Shown here in pieces: positions 48,308 to 57,837 of a DNA stretch of 64,000 bases (positions are counted from its first letter, which is position 1; the number at the start of each line of letters is the position of its first letter). Origin of the DNA: an uncultured delta proteobacterium. Its GTDB lineage: Bacteria > Desulfobacterota > Binatia > HRBIN30. The notes under the pieces are model-generated. The model was not told where the DNA came from and ran no database searches. It worked only from the letters and a program-made list of their open reading frames with translations. The stretch is from assembly GCA_963729835.1 (NCBI GenBank), contig CAVSQF010000039.1, positions 295,486 to 359,485 of the forward strand. Reading direction: 5' to 3'. The position numbers and the translations under genes were made by a program.

Positions 48308-48673
48308 CGGCGACGGCCGAGATCTCGCGGACTCAGATTTCCGGATGCTGGCGAAGCGGTCCCCATGCGGCCGTCTTTCTTCACGCCTCATCATCGCAGT
48401 GGAGATTGCACCCGAGGTGAAGAATCTGAACTGGGGCACCGGACGAATGGCCGTGATCCGTTACGAACGCCCCACGAATGAAGTGATCCAACGGGGACGC
48501 AATTTGTCTGAGTGGCCTCTCACGGTCCATCCGCTCTCTCAGCTCGTCAAGTTTGCGATACATTTGGGCGCCGCGCGCAGCGCCTTGTCTTTGGCGCGAA
48601 GCTGGCGGCACGGGTAGTCGCGGTACTCGTCGATGACGTGACCGAGAGCGAGGATCGGGTGCAGGGTCACGAT

Positions 48674-48876
48674 TCAGAAACTCAAGGTGAACTGATTCAT
48701 GTACCCGACATAGATCAGCACGCCGTGCTGCAAGATGTCCCTGCCGATCAGGCACTGGATGTGTTGCCCAGCCAGCGGCGCCTCGATCGCCACAGCGTTG
48801 TGAACCATCACGCCATTGGGAAACCCCACGTCGACACGGCCACCAGATTAGCAACCTGACCCGTAAAGGAGGGCAT
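48674..48876 (-). pseudogene. Retropepsin-like aspartyl protease remnant with internal deletion
   Basis: MPSFTGQVANL joins out of frame to ...HIQCLIGRDILQHGVLIYVG...FTLSF; the DTG motif is absent. Confidence 0.65.
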
Positions 48877-48878
48877 GG

Positions 48879-49119
48879 CTACAGGCAGATCTGGAAGGAG
48901 GTGAAGTGTAACGGAACTTCGACCTCGACGATTTCCTTGACGAGAAAACGGCGTGTTCCCGAACTCTTCGTAGCCACGTTTCAAGGCGTCGTCCCGACTC
49001 GTGAACACGTCGACGACCCGGTCACCTTTGACGAGCGCGAACCTTCCCTTAGCTCGTCCCAATAGTTCTTGGCGATGAACCTCGTACGTCTTGAGTTCCT
49101 GATCGAGGACGTTGATCAT
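48879..49119 (-). CDS. DUF5678-like small protein, frameshifted near 48945
   Basis: LDQELKTYEVHRQELLGRAKGRFALVKGDRVVDVFTSRDDALKRGYEEFGNTPF, then shifted LVKEIVEVE. Confidence 0.7.
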
Positions 49120-49223
49120 TGTTCTCCTCCCGAATTCACTTGCAGTGTTTTGCAGGCCACCTCGAACGTCAAGTGACGCCGCCGTTTCTCCCTTCGTTCG
49201 AGCCGACGACCGCGAGCACTTTC

Positions 49224-49670
49224 TCACGGTCGGGCATACAGCACCTTTCCTTCTCTGGCGGCTGCGCGCTCGATCGTCCCCGGAATCTCTTTACGCCAGG
49301 CGAAGTCTTCCGGCGTCGTCACGACGATATCCTTAGGAATTCGAAACTCATGCAGGGCGCGGCGGATCTCGATCCGCACGTCACGCTTGGATCCGCAAAC
49401 GGACATCACGACGAGCAGGTCCACGTCGCTGTCGGGCCCGGCTGTCCCGCGCGCGTGCGAGCCGAAGAGAATAATCTTCTCCGGGTGGAAATGCTCGACG
49501 ATGCGGCGCACCATCTCGGCGATTTTGTCCTGCGCTGTGCGGGCGATGGGAGCGCTTTCAGGTGTCAAGCCATCGAGCGACCGATCACCATTGGCGATGC
49601 GTTGGAGGAAGTCAGCCGGGAGTAGGCCGCCTTCACTTCGAACGGTGGTGAAGAGGTCGCGGGAAGGCAT
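49224..49670 (-). CDS. Minimal nucleotidyltransferase (MNT) with a foreign ~40-aa N-terminal extension
   Basis: KIILFGSHARG...DSDVDLLVV; overlapped by a truncated HEPN-like start (MPDREKVLAVV at 49237). Confidence 0.85.
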   Translation of the reverse strand: MPSRDLFTTVRSEGGLLPADFLQRIANGDRSLDGLTPESAPIARTAQDKIAEMVRRIVEHFHPEKIILFGSHARGTAGPDSDVDLLVVMSVCGSKRDVRIEIRRALHEFRIPKDIVVTTPEDFAWRKEIPGTIERAAAREGKVLYARP

Positions 49671-49715
49671 GCGCTTGGCGAATGGCGCGCAGCGAACGGC
49701 GTGGTAGGGAGACGC

Positions 49716-50021
49716 TCAGCGCGCGGAGCGGCGCGGTTGGGCTTTGCGTCGTGGGGAAGGAGCAGCATCTTGCATGAGTCGCTGGCGCATCTCATGGCTG
49801 GAGATCCCCCCTTCCGCCTTGTGCCGGCGCCGTGCGCGTTCAATAAGCGCCAGAAATCGGGGGTGCGTGCTCAACGTGACCGTTTCCTGATCGGCGTTCT
49901 CAATAGGCATCAGCGCAGCAACGGGGCGTCCGCGTTGGGTCACGATCACCGGTTCTCTGCGGACCTTGCGGGCGTAGTCTGCCAACGGCGCGGTTGCCTG
50001 TGCCATGTCCAGAGTTTTCAT
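49716..50021 (-). CDS. Phd/YefM family antitoxin
   Basis: EPVIVTQRGRPVAALMP; coupled to the upstream toxin. Confidence 0.88.
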   Translation of the reverse strand: MKTLDMAQATAPLADYARKVRREPVIVTQRGRPVAALMPIENADQETVTLSTHPRFLALIERARRRHKAEGGISSHEMRQRLMQDAAPSPRRKAQPRRSAR

Positions 50022-50317
50022 AGCTCAATTACCTCTCCTCCGATGCGCAGCTGGTTGCGTCTCTTGATTCCGACGGCACGAACCTCCACCAGTTTCATCG
50101 GCTCTTCTTCGACATCGTAATACACACGTAAGCTGCCGATGCGCAGCTCCCAAGGCGCCAACGGGTTCGGCCGCATCGGCTTTCGATTCTTCGTTTCGAC
50201 GGTCGGTTCATGCCCCAACTGCTCGTCCACAGTATCCAGCACAATTGCGCACTGTCGGGCTGTCAGCGCCTTAAGGTGGTCCTCCGCATCTGGCGAATAC
50301 TCGATCCGGTATGCCAA
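50018..50317 (-). CDS. RelE/ParE family toxin
   Basis: YRIEYSPDAEDHL...WELRIGSLRVYYDV...AVGIK. Confidence 0.9.
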   Translation of the reverse strand: MAYRIEYSPDAEDHLKALTARQCAIVLDTVDEQLGHEPTVETKNRKPMRPNPLAPWELRIGSLRVYYDVEEEPMKLVEVRAVGIKRRNQLRIGGEVIEL

Positions 50318-50701
50318 GCCACACCTCCGAGACGCTACACTCTACACCCCGTTCCCCACACGCACCATTCGCCGCTCCCTCGTCACACCGGCAAGTAGAC
50401 ATAGATCCCGAGCACATCGACGGGAAGCCGGGCTTCGACCCGATAGCTCACACCTTTGATTCCAGCTGCGGCGTGCACCCGGCGATGCGCACCGAGTCTG
50501 AAGACCTGCATCCTTGTCCAACGAGTTATGCGCTGTCAGGACCGGTGGCGTCAAGGGCGACGGGTACACAGGGAGCGTTCTGTGAGCGCTGAGAGGAACG
50601 GCATTGTGTGCCGTTCGGTCCATCCGCGTCAAGAAGGCCGGAGGCAAGGTGCTGGCCGCAAGCAGTTGACTCCCGCCCACCCGCCCGCAACGATAAGGGT
50701 C

Positions 50702-51826
50702 ATGGCAACTTTCGTGGTCATCGCAGACCCGCACGTCACCGTGCCAAATCCGGATACGGGCTGGACCGTGCCACCGATCGCCAGTGAGCCGACGATGTAT
50801 GCGCAGAGCGTCGAGCTGCTGCAAGCGGCCATCGATGAGATCAATGCCGTGCCCGACCTGGACTTCGTGCTGGTTGCCGGCGATCTGACGAAGGATTCCG
50901 AACCGTACAATCATGTGCGTGTGCGCGAGCTGCTCAGCCGCTTTCGCAAGCCGGTGTACTGCGTCTCCGGGAACCACGATCAGCCCCGACCGGCACGGCT
51001 GCGCCCGCCGGCCTACCTCGATCCGGACGTGCGTCCCGCGTGTGCGCAAGACATTCCCCAACTGTACGGCGATTTTGGATTCACCAACACGCAGCGAGCG
51101 GCCTACAGCTGCGATCCAACGCCGGACGTGCACCTCGTCGGCTTGTGCTCGCCGAAGCTGGATGAAGACCGCGGGTATATCGCCCCCGAAGTGTTGGCGT
51201 GGCTCGACGAGGATCTGTCCCGCCAACGGGACCACGAGCGCGAAACCGTGGCGCTGCTCCATCACAGCATCGTTGACCATGTGCCCAACGAGTCCGTGAG
51301 CCCGACGCTGTCGTGGTTCCACGTCGAGAATGCCGCGGCGCTGAAGGCGATCCTCCGCAAGCACGGCGTGTGCCTCACCTTCACGGGCCACTTGCACATG
51401 CAAGATGTGAAGGAGGAAGCGGGGCTCTACAACATCGTCACCGCGTCGCTGGCTGCCTTTCCGCATGCCTATCGCATCATGCGCCTGCGTGACGGCGTCC
51501 TCGATGTGCGCAGCCATCGCCTGCGCGCCATTCCGTCGCACCCCGACCTGCAGCTCTTTTCGAAGCAGTACGCCACCGAGGTATTTGTCGAAATCCTCAG
51601 CGACCTGCTGGCGGCACCGCCGTTCAACTACGCGCCCGTGCGTGCCGAGGAAGCGGCCCACAAGCTGCGCGACTGGTGGCCGGCCATCGCCGACGGCGAC
51701 GGACAGTTCGCGTACACCGCCGAGTATCTCGGCGATCCGGCGCTCGCGGCGTACGTCAACGCCTTCAGTGATCGCCCACCGGCGGACAACGATCTGGTGA
51801 TCGAGCTGCCGCGGCGCGCCGGCTGA
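50702..51826 (+). CDS. Calcineurin-like metallophosphoesterase
   Basis: IADPH, AGDLT, GNHD, LHH, GHLH. Confidence 0.92.
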   Translation: MATFVVIADPHVTVPNPDTGWTVPPIASEPTMYAQSVELLQAAIDEINAVPDLDFVLVAGDLTKDSEPYNHVRVRELLSRFRKPVYCVSGNHDQPRPARLRPPAYLDPDVRPACAQDIPQLYGDFGFTNTQRAAYSCDPTPDVHLVGLCSPKLDEDRGYIAPEVLAWLDEDLSRQRDHERETVALLHHSIVDHVPNESVSPTLSWFHVENAAALKAILRKHGVCLTFTGHLHMQDVKEEAGLYNIVTASLAAFPHAYRIMRLRDGVLDVRSHRLRAIPSHPDLQLFSKQYATEVFVEILSDLLAAPPFNYAPVRAEEAAHKLRDWWPAIADGDGQFAYTAEYLGDPALAAYVNAFSDRPPADNDLVIELPRRAG

Positions 51827-51844
51827 CCGGCCGGCCACCACCCT

Positions 51845-52363
51845 ATGGCTGCGGCGAAGTTGCTGGCCGGGCTCTGCGCGTTGCTGCTGGGCCGTCGCGT
51901 TTTCTGGTTGTTCGTCGGCATTGGCGGCTTTGTGTTGGGCGCTGAGATCGCGACTCGGCTGTTCCGCGAACAACCTCAGTTCGTGGTTCTGCTGGGCGCG
52001 GTGGCAGGTGGGGTCATTGGCGCGGTCCTGGCGCAGCGGATGCAACAGCTGATGATCGGCGTCGCCGGCTTCGTCGCAGGCAGTTACATCGGGGCTGAGC
52101 TGCTCCTTGACGCGATGCCGTATCCGGGCCGGATGATCTGGTTCGCATTGTTCATCGGCGGCCTCTGCGGCGCGCTGCTGGCGCTGACGATCTTTGACTG
52201 GACGATCATCGTCCTTTCGTCCGTGGTTGGGGCACGGTTGATCGTCGACGCACTCGGGCCCACCCTGCCCGCCACGCCGTTGAGCTTCGTGGGCCTTGCC
52301 GCGCTGGGCATTGCGATCCAGGCCAGCATGCGGCCACGCCGGCGCCGCGCCCCACGGTTCTGA
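51845..52363 (+). CDS. DUF4203-like membrane protein
   Basis: Six or seven hydrophobic helices, GRRVFWLFVGIGGFVLG. Confidence 0.75.
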   Translation: MAAAKLLAGLCALLLGRRVFWLFVGIGGFVLGAEIATRLFREQPQFVVLLGAVAGGVIGAVLAQRMQQLMIGVAGFVAGSYIGAELLLDAMPYPGRMIWFALFIGGLCGALLALTIFDWTIIVLSSVVGARLIVDALGPTLPATPLSFVGLAALGIAIQASMRPRRRRAPRF

Positions 52364-52438
52364 GCCTCAGTGGGCCGCGCAGCGCTACGTCAAAGTCGCT
52401 GACAGAGCCTCATACGGGTATGGGGTGCCATGCTGACC

Positions 52439-52555
52439 GCCGGGGAATCGAATTCCCCGGCTGAGTCGCCCAAAGTCGGCTCGAAGCCGACTGCGTTTCG
52501 GAGTCCACTTCAGTGGACTTGGTCTCGACTCAGCCAGGGAATTCATTCCCTGGCT
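52439..52555. repeat. REP/REPIN-like nested palindromic element
   Basis: Terminal palindromes GCCGGGGAATCGAATTCCCCGGC and AGCCAGGGAATTCATTCCCTGGCT, GCTGAGTCG/CGACTCAGC stem, two internal hairpins. Confidence 0.75.
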
Positions 52556-52653
52556 GTGCAGGCGTGCCGAGGCCTCCCCTCCGTGAACGCCGGAGATCTC
52601 ATCTTGTGGAAAGGCGGGCGCTGCATTAAGACGAGTCGCAGTCGAGGAGGCCT

Positions 52654-53061
52654 ATGCTGCGCAAGATCCATCATGTCGGAATCGCCGTCCGAAACTTGGA
52701 GGAGGCGTACGCTTTCTACCGCGATACCTTGGGGCTTCCGGTACACAAGATGGCCGTGGTGGAAGATCAAGGCGTCAAGGCGGCGTTGCTGACGATCGGC
52801 CAAAGCGAAATCGAGCTGCTCGAGCCGATCAATGCGAACGCCGGGATGGCGAAGTTCCTCGAACGGCACGGCGAAGGCCTGCACCATATCTGCTTCGAGA
52901 CCGATGATGTCGCCGCCGAGCTGGCCAGCGCCAAGGCGAAGGGCATCGCGGTCATCGATCACCAGCCACGCCCGGGCCTGGCTGGCATGATTTGCTTCCT
53001 CCACCCCCGTGCGCACCACGGCGTGCTGGTAGAGTATGCGCAACCGGTTGAAGAACAGTGA
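52654..53061 (+). CDS. mce: Methylmalonyl-CoA epimerase
   Basis: IHHVGIAV, EDQGV, IELLEP, GLHHICF, FLHP...GVLVE. Confidence 0.9.
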   Translation: MLRKIHHVGIAVRNLEEAYAFYRDTLGLPVHKMAVVEDQGVKAALLTIGQSEIELLEPINANAGMAKFLERHGEGLHHICFETDDVAAELASAKAKGIAVIDHQPRPGLAGMICFLHPRAHHGVLVEYAQPVEEQ

Positions 53062-53108
53062 TCAGGAGTCAGTGATCAGTGAAGAGTGAGCGGTAAGCAG
53101 AGGACTGC

Positions 53109-53510
53109 ATGGGTTTCGCGAAGAAGATCGATCACGTGGCGATCGCCGTGAAGGACCTCGATGCGGCGGTGCAGACCTTCACCACCAACCTCGGGTTTCC
53201 GGTCGAGCGTGTCGGTGAGGTGCCGCGGCTCGGCATCCGCAGCGCGTGGCTCACGATCGGCGATGCGGCGCTGGAGCTGTTCCAGCCGCTGAGCGCGGGC
53301 AATCCGGCCGCGCAGTTCATCGCCGAGCGCGGCGAAGGCATGTACGTCCTCGCCCTCGAGGTGGGCAGCATGGCGGCCGCCGTCGGGAGGTTGGCGCAGC
53401 AGGGCATCGCGGTCGCCGTCCAGCAGCTTGACGACGGGACGAAGGTGGCGTTCCTCAGCCCGAAGGTCACGCATGGTGTAACGCTGCAACTGATCGAGCA
53501 TCCCACCTAA
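53109..53510 (+). CDS. VOC family protein, methylmalonyl-CoA epimerase paralog
   Basis: IDHVAIAV, LELFQP, GEGMY, FLSPKVTHGVTLQL. Confidence 0.85.
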   Translation: MGFAKKIDHVAIAVKDLDAAVQTFTTNLGFPVERVGEVPRLGIRSAWLTIGDAALELFQPLSAGNPAAQFIAERGEGMYVLALEVGSMAAAVGRLAQQGIAVAVQQLDDGTKVAFLSPKVTHGVTLQLIEHPT

Positions 53511-53536
53511 AAAGCTTTCCATGAGGACCAATCGGC

Positions 53537-55265
53537 ATGAAGCGCTTCGAAATGCGGGTAGATCCGCTGACCCAGGAAATATATTACGAGGTACCGTTCA
53601 GAGGGTATGCTCTCATGCAGGACCCGCTGCTGAACAAAGGACACGCCTTTCCGTATGCAGAGCGGCGCGAGTTCAACCTCTCAGGGCTTATGACCGAGTC
53701 TGTCGGTACCCTCGAGGAACAAGTATCGCGGGCGTACGAAATCTATCAGATGAAGTCGGCGGACCTGGAACGCTACGTCACACTCATCGGACTGCTGGAT
53801 CGTAACGAAACCAACTTCTACGCACTGCTCGCCGCACATCTGGAAGAGATGCTGCCGGTCATCTACACGCCGACTGTGGGAGAGGCCTGCTTGAAGCTCT
53901 CTCACATCATCCGGCGCTATCGAGGGATCTATGTCACGCCGCGAAACGTCAATTCGATCGAACGCATTCTGGAAAGCGTCGGATTGCCGAACATCTCGCT
54001 CATGGTGGTAACGGACGGGGAACGCATACTCGGCTTCGGAGATCTGGGCGCCGATGGGATGGGAATTCCGATCGGCAAGATCGCTCTTTATGTGGCAAGC
54101 GCCGGAATCCATCCCGCTTCAACACTGCCGGTGTGCATCGATGTGGGAACCAACAACGAGCGTCTGCTCTCAGATCCCCTGTACATGGGAGTGCGCGAGA
54201 GCCGTCTGGAGGACGATGCATATTACGAAGTCATCGAGCGATTTGTACAGGGAGTCCAGCGGGTCTTTCCGCGTGCCTTGATTCAATGGGAGGATTTCGG
54301 CAAACAGCATGCCTTCACGCTTCTGGAGCGGTACTCGAACCGCGTCCCGAGCTTTGACGACGACATCCAGGGAACGGGAGCGACAGCCGCGGCGGCCATG
54401 CGCACCGCCGTCCAAATCAAAGGGCGTCCCTTATCCGAGGAGCGGATCGCCATTCTCGGCTTCGGGCAGGCTGGCAGCGGCGTGGCCAATGCCCTCTCGA
54501 CGATGATGCAGAGTGAAAAGGCCTGGAGGCGCAGGAGGCGAGAAGAGAGGATCTATGCCGTAGACCTGCCCGGCCTTTTGCTCGACGACATGAAGGTCGA
54601 ACACTATCAAGCGCGATTTCTGCAGCCGCGGGCGGCAATGGCCGGCTGGCCTGTGCCCAAATCAGCGGCCGCCCAATCTCGCAGAAGTAGTGCGCCATGC
54701 GAAGATAACCACCCTGATCGGTTTGTCGGCCCTGCCCAAAGCGTTCGACAGGCCGCTGCTTGAAGACCTGGCTGGAAACACCGAGCGTCCTGTCGTCCTT
54801 TGTCTCTCGAACCCGACCTCGCGTTCGGAGGCAACGCCCGCGGAAGTGATGGACGCAACCGGCGGGCGTGCATTGGTTGCAACGGGAAGCCCTTTCCCGG
54901 CTTACACCGCCGCCGGTGGGCGTCAGATTCAATTCTCGCAATGCAATAACCTGTACGTCTTTCCCGGAGTAGGGCTGGGGGCACTTGTAAGCCAGGTTAC
55001 GCGCATCACTCACCGGATGTTTGATGCAGCAAGCCGCGCCATATCAGACATGGTGTCGGCGGAAGAACGCTCGCGGGGACAATTGCTGCCTCCCTTGAAG
55101 GATGTTCGCAAGGTAGCCTTTACCGTGGCCCTGGCGGTCGCCAGGCAAGCCCGGGATGACGGACTCGGCATGATCGCCACGGATGAACGGCTGGCCGACC
55201 TGCTTCAAAAGGCGATGTGGACGCCGCAGTATTATCCATATCGTCATGCCCGGCCGCATGTATGA
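53537..55265 (+). CDS. NAD-dependent malic enzyme, frameshifted near 54520-54670
   Basis: PLLNKG, IYTPTVG, VTDGERILG, QWEDF, DDIQGT; second frame LSNPT, ATGSPF, QCNNLYVFPG. Confidence 0.93.
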
Positions 55266-55353
55266 TGGGACGTTCCCTCTTTCCCTAGTCCGTCCAAATT
55301 TGACGACCGCCACCCAACCGTGGTACGCTCCGGTAGTAACAAGGTTATAACCG

Positions 55354-55719
55354 ATGCCCATCAATCCCCGCAACAGCGCGCTCGTCACCGTCTCGGTTCC
55401 TCTGCCGATCGCCCGACAAATCGAGCGCACCCGCAAGCGCGAACACCGCAGCCGCTCTGAACTCGTGCGTGAGGCCTTGCGCGTCTACTTCGCCCGCGCC
55501 GCCGCGTTCCCCGTTGTTCCCCCGACCCCGGCCGAGCTCCGCGCTCTGAAACGGGCTCGCCGCGAATTTCTCGCCGGTCAAACCATCACCCTCGATGAGT
55601 ATGAACATACCCGCGCTCTGGACGGTACGCCTCGGCAAAACGGCCGCGAAGCAGCTCGACCGCTTCCCCGGACACGACAGCGGCGCAATCCGCGCCGCCC
55701 TCAAGGTGCTCGCACGTGA
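55354..55719 (+). CDS. Ribbon-helix-helix (CopG) antitoxin
   Basis: VTVSVP...RSRSELVREALRVY; overlaps the downstream toxin. Confidence 0.82.
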   Translation: MPINPRNSALVTVSVPLPIARQIERTRKREHRSRSELVREALRVYFARAAAFPVVPPTPAELRALKRARREFLAGQTITLDEYEHTRALDGTPRQNGREAARPLPRTRQRRNPRRPQGART

Positions 55720-55882
55720 CCCCTTCGCCCACCCCAAAGCCGAACGGCTCCACGAGCACGGCTTTGACTGGCGCCTACGCGTCCGAGATTACCGCGTCCT
55801 CTACGACCTCGACCCTTTGGAGCGCCTCATTCTCGTCGGCGACATCGCCCGGCGCACGACGACGACCTACAAGCGGCGCTAG
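55595..55882 (+). CDS. RelE/ParE family toxin
   Basis: WTVRLGKTAAKQL...WRLRVRDYRVLY...IARRTTTTY. Confidence 0.88.
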   Translation: MSMNIPALWTVRLGKTAAKQLDRFPGHDSGAIRAALKVLARDPFAHPKAERLHEHGFDWRLRVRDYRVLYDLDPLERLILVGDIARRTTTTYKRR

Positions 55883-55884
55883 CG

Positions 55885-57490
55885 TCAGGCTTGTTGTTCC
55901 GTGCTGAGTCGCTGCTCCGCCAGAATGCGGAGCGGAAAGGGTTCGGCCGCCTCGAGGTCCTCTCGGCCGGGGAAAAACTTCTGCAGCCCAGCCAGCTCGA
56001 CGTTGATGTCCGCCGACAGTCCCGTTTCGATCAGCTTGCGGGCAATGCGGACGTACTCGTCGTGCACCATGCGCACATGCCTCTCTGCAGTTCTGTCCGC
56101 CTCCAAGACGTTCTTGAACTCGAAATACTCCCGAGCTTTGCTTGGATCCTTCAGGATCAGCACGGGGCGCTTGCTGTCGTCCTCCTCCAGCCGGCCGCGG
56201 ATGGTGGACTCGAAGTGCATGGGTGTGAGGTCGTCGTGCTCCAGGTTCCACCAGCGCTCGTACGGTTGGTGCCGAAAGAAGTCCACGCGGTCGTCGTCCG
56301 TCACGGAAATCGCGAAGATGCATCCGGGGTACTCTGCCCCGGAAGCTTGGTAGTCCTCGTACACGATACGGCCGCACGCATGGTTCTTGTCGTTGCTGGC
56401 TACGGGCGGTTCCTCGCGCGAGGCGGGAGATGGCTTGTCGGGGGTCGATGGCTCCACCGTTGCGGGCGCGCGCGTCTCTGGTGCAACGGACTTTGCTGAC
56501 TGCGCCTCTGTCACTACGAGTTCGCCCGGCGAAGCGGAGTCGGGCCGCTGGCCGTGTGCGACGGGGAACCTGACGCTGACAGTGGTTCCCTCACCGGCCT
56601 CGCTTTCAATCGAGAGGGTGGCTCCAAACTCCGCGATGGTCTGTCTCACGAAGACGAATCCGAGGGAGTGCAGCTCTCCATCGAGCGTGTCCTTATCCCG
56701 CAAGACCTGTTCGATTTTGGTGGGCGACATGCCCACGCCGTTGTCGTGCACGCGAAGAGCGACGATGTCCCGTTCCACCGTGTCGCTGATCTGGATGAGG
56801 CCAGGGCTCCGGCCCGCGAGCGCATCGACGGAGTTCATGACCATATTGAATAACATGCGTCGGAAGCGATAGCGGTTGCCGCCCACGAGGGCCGGGTCGA
56901 GCCGGCCGAGTTGCAGGTCTACCGCCGCGTCGCCCGCCCTCCGTGACGTAGCTGCGGATGACCTCACGAGTGAACTCCTCGACCTCGCCCCCGAGGTCGA
57001 ACTCCTCGTATATGCCTTTGCTGCGCTGTTCTTCGAGGAAGTGCTCGATGCGTTGCGAGACGCCGCCGATCCAGTGGATGCAATTCTTGTAGTGCTTGTG
57101 CGACCGTGCGGAGCGGGAGTCCGGCGGCAGGAAGGACAGGACGTTGTCAGCACGACCCCAGAGCGGGTTCAGGATCAGTGCGCAAGTGCCGCGGATCGTC
57201 TCGATGTAGTCCTTGCCGGTCCGGAGGATGGTGCGGTCGGGTGAGAAGTTCTTCACCGCATTCGAGTACTCTTGGAATGACTTTCGCAGAGTCACCGCCT
57301 TCGTCTTCAAGACTTGCAAGTCATGGCTGTGCAGGATCTGCGCCTGCTCCATGCTGTAGATCTCGAGGTCGGTGTTGAGGGTGACGTGGAAGTGAATCAC
57401 CTCGTTGATGAACCGCTCCACGCGCAGGTCGTGGATGAGGAACTTGATCTCGGCGACTTCCTTCTTGGTCCCTTCTTTGTAGTCCGCCAT
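55885..57490 (-). CDS. Atypical histidine-kinase-like ATPase protein, frameshifted near 56940
   Basis: N box LFNMVMNSVDAL, G1 HDNGVGM, SEAGEGTTVSVRFP; candidate H-box LIHDLR at the N-terminus; unrecognised C-terminal domain. Confidence 0.75.
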
Positions 57491-57837
57491 CGCTTCCACC
57501 GAAAGTTTCAGACCTTTAGCTCACTTCACTCGCGATCCGGACACCGCGTAGAGATGGTTGTGCCGGCCCATCCACGATTCAGAAACGGCCGATGAAGCCA
57601 GGCCTACGAGATGGCATGAATCTCGCGCCATGTGAGTAATCGAGAAAATCGACAGTCTCGACCGGTGAGCGACACCCCGGCGCCCCCACGCAGCACACAC
57701 GGAGAGTCATCGAAATCACATACAGTGGCCAACAATGTGTCTGGAATGGCGACTACGGGCGGCGCGCACGCTTGGCGTTTCTTAGTCAACGAGAAACGTG
57801 CTACAGGAGGGCGCTGAAATGTACGGAGGTGCAGCCA

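Noticed and set aside
50342-52045. 567-aa minus-strand ORF, and other long overlapping ORFs such as 20576-21850 and 60501-61733
   Set aside because: Antisense to well-supported genes, as expected in high-GC DNA
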